A DNA stretch of 64,000 nt from Psammoneis japonica (taxonomy: Eukaryota). The notes below the pieces were generated by a model. The model did not search any database, was not told the origin of the DNA, and saw only the letters and a list, made by a program, of their open reading frames with translations. The stretch is taken from assembly GCA_008632985.1 (NCBI GenBank), contig QPGO01000044.1, forward strand, positions 124,001-188,000. Reading direction: 5' to 3'. The position numbers and the translations under genes were made by a program. Shown here piece after piece: positions 35,863-47,265 of the stretch (its first letter is position 1; each line of letters begins with the position of its first letter).

Positions 35863-38800
35863 GAGTGTTTCCAACGCACAGCAGCAATCCCCGTGGTGAC
35901 AACACGGAGAAATTGTCAAAAACCTGCCGGAGCCGATGATGACATTGACGCGGTGGATGAGGTGTCTAAACATTCATCGTTTTTTGGACCATTGCAGCAG
36001 AAGCTCCGCTGGACCCTCGTTGACACACGGTTGCAATTGTCCGTTCGGGGACGTTCATTTTGGCAAGAAACATTGAAACACACCGTTTTGCTTTGTTGTG
36101 GTGCCATGTTGCATGCAGACGACACATCAACTCACCATTTGCCGGATTTTCGGAACCCGATGTGTCAAAGACCGAGTTCACAAAAAGGCAAGCAAATTTA
36201 AAATCATCAAAGCTGTGTTGCCAACATCATGTCCAAGGCTCGCCACTTGTGTTGTCTCACTCAACTTTCTTGCCACTGCAGCCAGTTTTTGTTGTCTTTC
36301 AAGGCATGAGCACACAATGAATCCAATGTCGTTGTCATGTCATCTGCCCCATTTGAGCAACGGCGTTGAACAGGCGAGCATTTGCAAGACTTCGACAAAG
36401 CAGCTGCAATGCATTCAGCCAAGTGTTCTTGAATGGGGGAGAGTCGGGCAGATGGCAGCAAAAATGAAAAATGAAGTTGGCATGTGGTTCAAGAAAAAAG
36501 CAGTCAAACAATGTCGATGATGTCGCTCTGATGCTGCCACTCTGTGGAGCGACAAACAGCAGCGAGCGGAGCTCCTCCATGGCTCGCATGTCCACTCTAG
36601 ATTCATAGATTCATCGCAAAGTCACAAATGTCAAATCTCAAAATAGAAAAGTGTGACTTGAAATGAGCACCCATGGATTGCTTTGCCAATTTGTGGCATG
36701 AAAGAGGTCAAACACAGTTGTCAGGAGGCCAGCCATGGATTGGAAAACAGAGCGCAGGGGCAATTTCATCAGAAAGCATCAAAGGGGTCTTGGAAGGAGG
36801 GGCAATGGAGGAAGGAGTGGGAGCAATCATGTCAAAAGGATTGTTTGGGGGATCAGCAGTCATGGTCACAGGGGCAATTGAGCAAGGGAGAGCAGAAGGG
36901 GTCATGAAAGGAAGCGCAACAGAGGTGGGGCGGCAATTGTGTCAGAAGGATCACAGCACAAAGGGCGCAGAAAAGTGTGGAGGAGGAAGGAGGGGCCAAT
37001 GACAAAGGATGGCTGGGAATGGAGGGCAAGGAGGATGATGACAGCAGCAGAGAAAAAGAGCTGAGTGGAGAAAGATGGCCTTGACGGAGGGACGAAGGCC
37101 ACTTTGGAAGGTTGTGCCATCGCTGCAGTTGTTTTCAACACTCGCTTGAAGTTCATCGTTTTTTTCCCTTCAAGTGTGGTGAGTCACGTGTCTTGAATCC
37201 CGGTGCATTCCAGCTCTAGGTGGGACCTCGTGCCCACCACTGAACTGTGACACAGTTGTTTTTTGTCATCCGCTGCATGTTTTGCGTGCACATTTCTAGA
37301 AAGGAAAAGCCCTGCGCAACTCTGGCAAGGAGCCTGCGCAGCTCTGCAGCATTGCGCACCCCATTTTTCTAAGCACAAAATCAAAAATCATGCCAATGAC
37401 AAAAAAAGCCACTGCAGCGGGCTTCCCCAATTGCAACCTTGCTCCCTTGATCTCTTGTCACACAACTTTGTTGCCGCCAAAGTGCTTGTCTTGCTTGACT
37501 TTGCGCCGCAGCAGCTGCAGCTGTCACAAGAGCTGGGTGGAGACCAGCACAAACAAGAGCTGCAGCTTGGGCCATCAATTAAAAAAAAAAAACAATGACG
37601 AGGCAGTGCAGCTGTTGCAAAAAAGATTTGGCAGTCCAAGCTTGACATTTGAAGAGCAAGGCATTCAGAGACCCAGGAAAGGGCTGTTGGGTGGCTGTGC
37701 TCCATTTTCAATGACAAGCAAATCTTTGAAAGAACCCTGCACCATCTGCAAGGTGAAGCTTGAGCACTTGGATCTTGAAAACATCAAGCTGACTCAGCCA
37801 TGTGATGGCATTGCTGTGTGCACAAAGAAGTGCCCTTGTTTTGATGGCACCCATTGAGCTCAAGCGCCGTTGTCAATGGTTGCTTTTGGAGCATTGCAGC
37901 AAAGCTGAGATTTGGCTGACGGCACTCCTGATGATCAAAAAACTGTTGTGCACTTTGGTCAGGAAATGAGTGGCAAAATCAAGTCTGTCAAAAGGAGCAG
38001 GACTGAAGAGGGAAAAGTTGCAAGTCTGATGCAACGATGATGGAGTGTGAAAGCATCAAAATGAATCACTGGAAGAAAGAGGAGGTGGTGCCAGAAAGCT
38101 TCCAGCGCATTTGAAAAAACTGTCCAGCCCTCCCATTTTTGCATGCAGGGAATGCATGTTAAGAGCTTTTCATTTGATGAAATGAGATCTCAGTGCACTT
38201 TGTGTGGAGCTGGCACATGCTCTGCAGAAATTGCACTGGCTCAACAAAAAGTGAGTCAGAGGCACAATTCCCTGGGTCAAATGTTGCTGAAATGAGCTCC
38301 TTTTGGACATGCAAAAAATGGGGCACTCAACAAAGCTGTGGTGTGCTTTTGTTTTGTCAAAGGGTGGTGGAGACAGGGTCATTTGAACATGTCCATTTGT
38401 TTGATTTTTTTTGGGGGGGGAAGCTCCCAAAATGTCCAACTTTGTCTTACAGATGGGGGCATGGGGGTGATGTTCACACAAGGCTAATTTGTGTTTGAAA
38501 CAAGTGAAAAAGAAAAAAAACATTCAATCACAAAAAGGCACGCACACTGCTCAATGTGTTGGCACACAAAAAAAATGAGTCACAAGCCATCATCACTGAA
38601 CCTGTCATTGTCAACATTGTCATCAAACATTTCCTCAGGTGCAATGCTCAACTGGAGCACATTGCTGTCAGCCTGGTTCTGGAGCACCTCAAGTGTTGTT
38701 GTGGTGTCCATTGCTCATCATGAGCAGTGCTGCTTGGGCTGCAACAAAAAAAGCAGAATGAGCAACACTGAAGCTCAGGATGGTGCTGCACCAGATCTGT

Positions 38801-39459
38801 TTTTGTCTTGTCAGACAGTCAACCTTTTTCTAAAAAATCACCCCACCATGCAGCGTGTCAATGAGAAACAAATGTGTGAGCTCTTTCACATCAAACAGCA
38901 AACAGTGCACTCTCAACAAGTGCAGAAGCAGTGCTCACTTGCGCCAGCTCCTAAAACCAGCTTTGCATTTTGACTTGGTCACTTCCACCCAAGCAAGATC
39001 CAAGTGATGCTAAAAAGCAATGTGGCAGCATGATGGGTGGAAAAGTCAGTGAGTCAATTGCACGAAACAATGACAACAGCCAACAAATCTCTCATTTTCA
39101 CTGGTGCACTGCCTTCAATGCTTCAACAGCAGAAAGGTGTGAATGTTGCATCCCCATGTGGGCTTCTTGCAGCTGCCCATTGGTTTTGCATGCAGGGACT
39201 CTTCGACACATCATGATCACCAGCACCATGCTGCACCAGATCTGCTGCTGCTGACACTTGCAACACTTCTCCACAAAATTGTGCTGCTTTTGAAAACTGT
39301 TCTGCACAGTGGCATCCATCCACAAGCAAGTGACACTCTCACGAATTGTTTTTCAACAGCTGCTGGTGGTCATGGAGAATGAAATCTCCGCCACTGTTTT
39401 CCCATCATTCTTTGCTGTCTTGGTCTTGCAACAAGGCAGGGTCTGCCACACCACAAAAA

Positions 39460-39845
39460 CTGAGCTGCAGAAATGGCCAATCAAAGCAGTCCAAGCATGC
39501 AAGCTCCAAAAATGCATGACCAAAGGACACACATTGCACAAACTCACTGCAGCTGACATGAGCCCGCTCACTGTCATTGCTGTTTGTGCTTTGTGACACT
39601 TTCATTGATGTGGCCATTTCCTCCTTCATTGTCCAACACACCTTGTGCCATTTTGCAGCTGCAAAAATGGCCAGTCAAAGCAGTCCAAGCATGTGAGCTC
39701 AAAAAATGCATGGCCAAAGGACACACATTTTTTGTCTGCCCATGTGTCTTGACTTTTGCCCCTCTGGCATGCAGCTCTCAATCCATGGCTGTTGGAGTTG
39801 CACAAACCCACTGCAGCCAACATGAGCCCACTCACTGTCATTGCC
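39460..39845. repeat. Diverged tandem duplication
   Basis: agctgca(g/a)aaatggcca(a/g)tcaaagcagtccaagcatg...aaaggacacacatt at ~39463 and ~39657. Confidence 0.75.
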
Positions 39846-40721
39846 ATTTGCACAATTCTGCCTTGGTTTCATGGCCACACCCTCTGCTGTTTTTTTTGCA
39901 CAAGCTCTGGTGCAGATGTTGCCTTTCTCTGATGGCGTGACAACAGTTCTCAACTGCCTGTTCAGACCTGCTCTTTTGTCAACATGCCTTCATTCCATGA
40001 TCATCAGCAATCTCATGCAGTGGAAAATGATTGGCATCAAGCCCTTTTGGTTCAATTGCTTGGCACTCTTCTCAGCATTTTTTGCTCTCATGTGCAAAGT
40101 TTCCACACAAGTTTCAGCACAAATTCTGCGTGTTCTGCAAGTCATTTCAGATGGACAATGCACCAAACTGCCAATTGCTCTCTCTTCACATCACCTCTCA
40201 AGTGCTGTCAACAACCCCCCTTCTGACCATTGTCCATTTGAGTTTCCTGCATTACATGGTGAACAATCTTCTGTCATTGCTGTTTTCAGAAGTTTGAAGA
40301 TGAGACCAACTCAGTGTGCAACAGCCATTCTTTCGTGTGCTGACAAGTCCACACAAGTTTCAGTGCATTTTCTGCATGTCTTGAAGGTCATTTTGGATGA
40401 TTCAATTGCCAAGTGCCAACTGCTCTTGGTCCATGCCTCTCCAGCATCAATGACTCCCCTTCTGCCCATTGTCTGCTTGAGTTCTCTGCTCCATGCTGTG
40501 AACAATGCTCCATTGTTGCTGCTCCCAGAAGTGTGAATTTGAGCCCACTTCAGCACAAGTTGGTCATCAATTTTGTGCCCCATTCCTTCTCATGTTGAAA
40601 CTCTTCCAGACTGCCTGTTTTGCCTTTTTTGCTAGACTTGATCCCAGGAAGAAGGCCCGATTGAAGCATTGAGCGCTTTCCTTTTGAAGTCTCATTGTGC
40701 TGCTCCTGTTTTTGTTGTTGT

Positions 40722-42295
40722 CATTGCCAGAAACCAAGGAAGGTGCCTGTTTTGCACGTGAAAGAAATTGAAAAGAAAAGACATCCTTGAGAAAACCAAT
40801 GCAAAACAGAATTGCATGTGGAAGGAAACACTTGCTGGCATCACACAAGCAGGTTCCATCTTTGCAAACCCTTCTCATTTTGTGCTTGGTTTTCAAATTG
40901 TGCACCCATTTTTTGTCGTCATCAAAACAGTCAGCCCTCTGATCATTCATTTGGCAGTGCAGCATTGTGAGCTGCTTGGAGCACCTGGGTCATGTGCCGG
41001 GTTGCTGCTTTGGACAACGCTTCCTGAATTCACACTGCAACATGGCATTGATTTTTGCTTCATGCACCTCCCGGTCGACAACGGCATTGCCTTTCATTGT
41101 CATCATGTCCTTGATGTCACAGAGTTTGTCTCTGAGGAAGCCCTTGACTTTTTTCCTCCTCAGAACCAACTTCATTTGACAGGCATGTGACAAGAAAGCT
41201 GTTGACAAAAATGCGCCACTCCTTTTGGGCAGTGACTTCACAAAAGATCTGCAAGAACCAACAATGGTGGAGGTTGTGACGGTGCTCCTCTTCTTTTTGT
41301 GTCTCTCCTGGCAGGGTGCAGAAATGAAGAGCATCCTCCAAATTTCAATGCCAAAGAAGGCACTTGCCTTTGTTCCGGTGGGATTTCTTCATGGACCAGC
41401 CATGAGTCATGATGCAGGACCAAACATCATTGGGATGTCCAAGAGTTTTCCTGACAATGTTGTTTGTGTGGATGACTTCAGTGACACAGGGAATGCAATG
41501 AAGCTTCAGCTCATGGCAAAGAAAGGGAAGTGCAAGGAATTCTGGAGAGGGTGGCCAATTCGTTCTCTCTGCAAACTGCTTTTTGGATGCACGCATGGCA
41601 GCAGTGCTCTTGAGCTTGGGCCTGAAAAGCTCCATTCCAAAACCATCAGTAAAATGTTCTTTGTCATCAAAATTGACATCATCAGCAAAGAGACAAACAA
41701 GGGATTGGGGTTGACCTTGTCTGCTCATGGGACAAAGTTGTTGACTGCCATGGCCTGAAATCAGCAGAGGTGGTTCATGTGGAAAGTGCGCGAATCATGA
41801 CAGCACACACTCTGGTCAAATTGATTTTGGGGAGAGGGTGCACTGTTGTGAAATGCGTGGAAAATGGTTTGTAGAAAAAGCACCAAAAATGTGGCAGAGA
41901 ATCGTGCACAGAATTCTGGGAAAAAGTGAGATGCAAAGAGGAAGTGTGCACGCGAAGATGACTGGGGCATAGACACAACACCAGGACACATGGTGATGCA
42001 CGAACTGGGGGTGTAAAAAGCAAACACCATGTTGAAATGTGAAGCATCAAAAGCAAAGATGATCATTGACACAACTTCATTTCCGCATCACAAAAGCTTT
42101 TTAAAATGCAAGGTGCCTTGGGACACACAACCAAAATGTAAATGGATGACAAAATTCACAATGAAACACAAGAATGTCTTGCATTGTGAAAGCACCGTTC
42201 AAGTTGGAACATCAAATTTAAAAGAGCAAGAAAACCAAAATTCAATGTCAAAATAAATTGCAACAACAGTGGCAACCACTGTGTTGCAGCCTCTC
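40722..42295. repeat. Dispersed repeat, copy 2 of 28331-30170
   Basis: Direct-orientation homology. ORFs 40768.. and 28138.. share KRKDILEKTNA.QNC..KE.LAGITQAGSIFANPSHF. Confidence 0.85.
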
Positions 42296-44190
42296 ATGGT
42301 GAAGGGTCGCCAAGACAAAACATCACCCATTGAATCATTGTCCCTGGCAGCCAAGTTGAATGTCCAAGCTGACAGACTGGCAGGACAATGCCAAGGCCAC
42401 TTTTCCAGTGACACCCTTTCCTCACCTTGAATTCCCCACTGCAGAGCCAACCTGGTCATTCAGGGAGGTGCGGTCTTGTCCAAGTGCAAGTCCACTGTCT
42501 GACATGAAGCATCTGTTGTGGCCCTCATTGGCTGCATGAAAGAGAAGTGCAGTTGGTCCAATGAAGTGTGTGATTTTGTCAACTGGGATGTGCGTGCTAA
42601 ACTGATGTCTCAAAATGTCCATTGGAAAGTTGGCATCAACAAGCTGGTGCAGGATCTTCTCATGACAAACAAAACTGTCCATCAATGCAACCCCACCCAT
42701 CCTGATTGTTGCATGCACTGTCAAGATCCAATGGAAGACAGAGACCACATTCTCTGCCATCCACACAATGAAGCTTGGTGCCAAAAATTTTAAAGGGCCT
42801 GCACAAGAAGTGCGACAATGTTCGCACATCTCTGTTCTTACATGATTTGCTTGTGTCAGCCACCAAGTCATGGTGCTGAGAAGAGTTGCTCTGTTCCAAT
42901 GACCTTTGCTGCAGTGTGATGTCAGTTTTTCAATCTCAGGAGCACATTGGGTGGTGCCAGTTGTTCAATGGGCATTTCTCACACTTGTGGAACATGACAC
43001 AAACTTCTTGTGTGTTGGCTGGCGGCACTTGTCAGACCCTCTCTGAACAGGAGCAGCAATTGGACTGGGCTGCTGCTGTCAGCAACCACATTTGGGAGCA
43101 GTGGTGGGACCTGTGGGACAAACACAATGATGCAGTGCATGGGCATCATGATGTGGAAACAAGGAAGTCTTCTTGGCACAGAGATGCAGAAGCAGAAGTG
43201 AAAGCCATCCATTCATGATCAGATGATTGCTGGAGACAAGGCACATCCATTGGACTTGGTTGAAGAACACTTGGCTCATTTGACACATCATCTTTGCAAC
43301 TGGTTGGTCATGGTTAAACCCATGTTCAAGTCAAGCATCAGAGAAGCAAAACATTTTGCTGCTGGAGGCACAAGAGCCATTGCAAGTTAAGCTCATTCAC
43401 AATCTCCTGCCCACCAACAAGACAGTCCACAGATGCAACTCTGTTTGACCACACCAGTGTCTGTGCTGTGAGCATCCGATGGAAGACAGAGATCACATGC
43501 TCCAATGTCCACACAACAAAGCCTGGTGCAGAAAGTTCCTGCAAGGTTTGCAGTGTCATTGCAACCAGATCAACACCATGCCCACACTTCATGACTTTTC
43601 ATTGGATTCTCTTCAAGCATGATTCAATGACAAGATGGTGCATCCCGTGGAGTTGGGCTGCTGCTGCAGAGCCCTGTGGCATGCTCAATCAGATGCAGGA
43701 TGCTGACAAGTGTTCAGTGGACGGCACTCTGTTTTTTGGAATGAGGCCCAGTCTCTGGATGTTTGTGTGTCTTGGGCATCCTTTGCAAGCACCAAGAAGA
43801 GAACAAACAGCCACCAAATTGGGCAGTGCAGGTGGGGTCGTTCACATGGAAACAATGGTGGAATCTGTGGGAAGAGCACAATCATTGTGCACACAGACAT
43901 GATGCAGACTCTAGGAAGTCATCTCAGCAAAAAAAAGTTGAAGCTGAATTGACAGCAATGTGTGCAACAAATGCCAGGAACATTCAGCCAAAGACCAAGG
44001 TGTTCTGCTCAACTCAGCAGAACAGCATCAAGCCTTTTCAACAATGCACGTGCAAAATTGGACCTCAATGGTCCGGCCCAGACTCAAAAAAAATCTCAAA
44101 GAAGCCAAGAAGTTGGTGCTTTGCAGCACACGCACCATCACCAGTTGCTTCCGTTGGGTGTCTCCTCAGGGAGATGCCGATTCAGACTGA
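42296..44190 (+). pseudogene. Two decayed LINE C-terminal fragments (RNase H end and zinc-knuckle region)
   Basis: VKGRQD...LSLAAKLNVQADRLAG, C..C...EDRDHIL, Q.HIGW.QLFNG, WEQWWDLWDKHN.AVHG. A second copy from ~43390 has HNLLPTNK, EDRDHMLQC and WKQWWNLWEEHN. Confidence 0.75.
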
Positions 44191-47100
44191 TTGCATTGAC
44201 TTCTGCCGCACCCCCAGCAGGGTGTGCCGGAGGTGTGGGCTGGCTGGCACCGGTGTTGCTGGGCAAAGGTGCAGTGGCACTTTAAGTTGGGTTTGATTTT
44301 TCTTTTGGCACAGCATCGCCCTTGGGTGATGCCAATCTCCTTGGCAAATTGCTGCACACTCCTGCCACACTGTCAGTGTGCTGGCAGTGTGGGTCAGCTT
44401 GTTGCCAGAGTTGCAGGGTGGAAGTGCAGCAGCACTTTAAATGCAGATTTTTGGTTTTGTTTTGTCACCACCCTTGCTCAGCATGGTCAGATGATCTCAC
44501 CAAAGACCTGTCCAAGTGAACAAAAGACAGCAACCACCAAATTGTTCTCACCACTGGGGCAACATCAACAAGGGTGTTCCACCCAAAGAAATCTCTGATG
44601 CATTTGAAGCCACGCAACTGCAAAAGCTGCTGATCAATCAGTGCAAAGAGGACAAGCTCCCATCATCTCTTGAACCAGGCGCATCAGGAACAGTGCAGGG
44701 CATGGCAGTCACGGGAAAGGCAACCACGGCGTTTTCATTCAGAACAGAAGCTGCGGCAGGCACTGGAGCGTGAGAAACAAAATGTCAACAAACAAGCTCT
44801 AATTTTGGCAGTCATGGGCACACTACGGCCACATAAACAACATTGCCTGTTGTGCTAGAGGAATTGGTAAATGAATAAAGTGGTGACGCATCAGGGGAAG
44901 GTGATGGAGACGAACATTTTAAAACCATCATGGTCCACTTATGTTGTTTTATTGGTGCGACTTGTCTTGACGCGTGCTTTTTTGTTGGTTTCGCGGTGCT
45001 CGCGAACACTCTAGAGTATGCGTATTCAAGCAAAGATAAGTCTTGTATGTATGATGCGGTTTATATTTTTATTCAAATCTGAAAAGGTTGGGTAATGATA
45101 ATGTCGTTTGCAATCTTCAGGACATGATAAATCTAAGTGCATAATGCACTGAGACTGCGTCTGGCCGTGGGGAGTGGGGGGTGGGGAGGAGGGGTCGGGA
45201 AAATCCGAGAACCTGATGGCCGACAGACGTGGTGAGCACGTGGTGAGCGCTCCACAGTGGTTCAAAGCGGCATTAGCTTCGTAGAAATAATTTTTTTGTA
45301 CCAGCGTAGAACTGTACGCATGTGTCTGGTACACAAAAATCATGCCACATCAACCATTTTCTCCAATCTTCGGCAATGGCGGCGTTCGTCGGTTCGTAGC
45401 TATTGCGCTGCTGAAACCATGTCAATTGTCATCAAACCTATGGCACGTTACTCGTCACCCTCTTCTTAATTCATGTGTTCCTTTGAAACTACGTATTCTT
45501 TAGCCACAATCCAGACAATCAATAACATCAACACAAGGTAAAAATCCAAAGCAGATGCGAGTTGCTTGTTGGTATTAACCTCGTATTTTTATCACAAACG
45601 CCCAACTAAACAGTATTTTGCTACTCTTTCACTTGATTTTCCAGGGTTTCATTGTTGACAAATACCATGCTCCAATCGTCCGAGGTGCGGTTCGCCGAGG
45701 CCATGAATGCATAAGCCGTGTGGAGAAATCTTTGGATTGAATAGATGTTGTGTCGACACCCCGATCCGTTTTCAAACATTTCCAAAGGAATGCAGCGAGT
45801 TTCTGAGTTTCTGTCTATTCTGTTGGTGACTCGAATAAGCAAGCTATGCTCGATACCACCTCGGTCTCCACCGAAAGGTACGATATCAAAACATCCGACT
45901 CCGCTTGTTTGTGTCGTGGATTCAGATGTCTTCTATAGACAGCTTTCGTTTGTGGCAACAGATGATTCCATAATGTAAAATAAGGCATAAGAATGCCCCA
46001 TTGACATCATACTAGCTTTTTCTTTTAGAGATAGGAAGGAGATCAATGGTAGCTCAGCAGCAAAGACATTGGATCGCGCTCGGTTTCAGAGCTGAGATCT
46101 GGGCTAAACCCATTTTACAAAGAGCTGCTCAAGTCATAACACAGTGCCACAACTTGTGGGCAAGTGACTAACACCAGAAGCGTTCAAAAGCAGTGTGGAA
46201 AGGATGAGACGATCATCGTCAATCCAGTTTGAGCTTACGAAGGATTATTTTACGATCGAGTGTTCGCTGTTTGACGTCATATACTGGAAAATTGCGTACA
46301 TTCTACACAGAAATCGGAACACCAATTTGAAGCTGCTACTTTGTGGTCAAAATAAGCTTGCCATTTGGAGCACACCTAAGGAGCGGTCACTCAAACGAGT
46401 AAAGTGAAGGGCTATGGAAGGTGCTCCAAATGCCACAGCAGTTTTGATGTTGGAATAACATCTTGAAACTTGCAGCTCTGTGTCGTTAAATGGGATTCCG
46501 TAAAATAGCCTTTCATGCATGTAAGCAAGGAATTTTAAAAATTTTCGAGGTCGATCGAGCTCCAGAATATTTATTGAGATTTTAGTCGTACAAGTCGAAG
46601 CTAATGCCACTTGCGCGTACTGTAGAACTGAACCACTGTGCGAGCAACACCGTGGTGAGCAATTAGTAGCTCTCAACTGCGTGGGAAATGCACGAAAAAT
46701 TGCTCCAGCTGTTTTCCAAAAAAAAGCAGATGTCGCCAGACGAACTTGTGCAAAACCACGGAGACATGTCTGACCCCAGTGAGCCAGAGGCATGACTGTG
46801 CTAGTCGCAACCTGATGTGGTGCACGTTTCTCTCCAGTGCTAACTCTGTCAATCATGGTTTTGATTGAGATTGATGGATTTTTGGACACAAGACTTCCAC
46901 TGACACTCGATGGACAAGAATGGAATCATCCGACTAAAGAGTTTGACCGTTTTTTCGGGGGTCGTTTTCTAGTTATACACAATATATTCATGCACATATA
47001 TATAAAATATATTTGACCGTTGCCTCATTTCACCGCACGAAAAATTCTGGTACAAAACCTACGAGAGAAACGAGTGAGGCAATCAACCCAGCCAGATCGA

Positions 47101-47265
47101 TCTTTCATGAATTTCAAGGAGACGACAAAACCACAACAAAACACAAAGCAACGACACAAACGTGAGCGTCTTGTCCGCAGCACAGTTATCTCGCTCTCTC
47201 TCACACACACACCCATAGGGCCGACACAAGCGTTGTTAGCTACAGGTGTTGATACAACAAGTGCA

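Noticed and set aside
600..44800. Hundreds of overlapping Cys/His/Gln-rich ORFs of 60-280 aa in all six frames
   Set aside because: Expected artefact: loss of TpA removes TAA/TAG stops and Tyr codons and inflates TG/CA codons. They are not metal-binding proteins.
45500..46900. Minus-strand ORFs 46347..46889 and 45621..45842 as a gene
   Set aside because: No recognisable motif, no ATG start and stops between the segments. It may be a pseudogene, but this is unsupported.
47020..47265. 82-aa N-terminal extension of the kinesin ORF
   Set aside because: Starts at TTG and reads like promoter/5' UTR; the ATG at 47266 is preferred.
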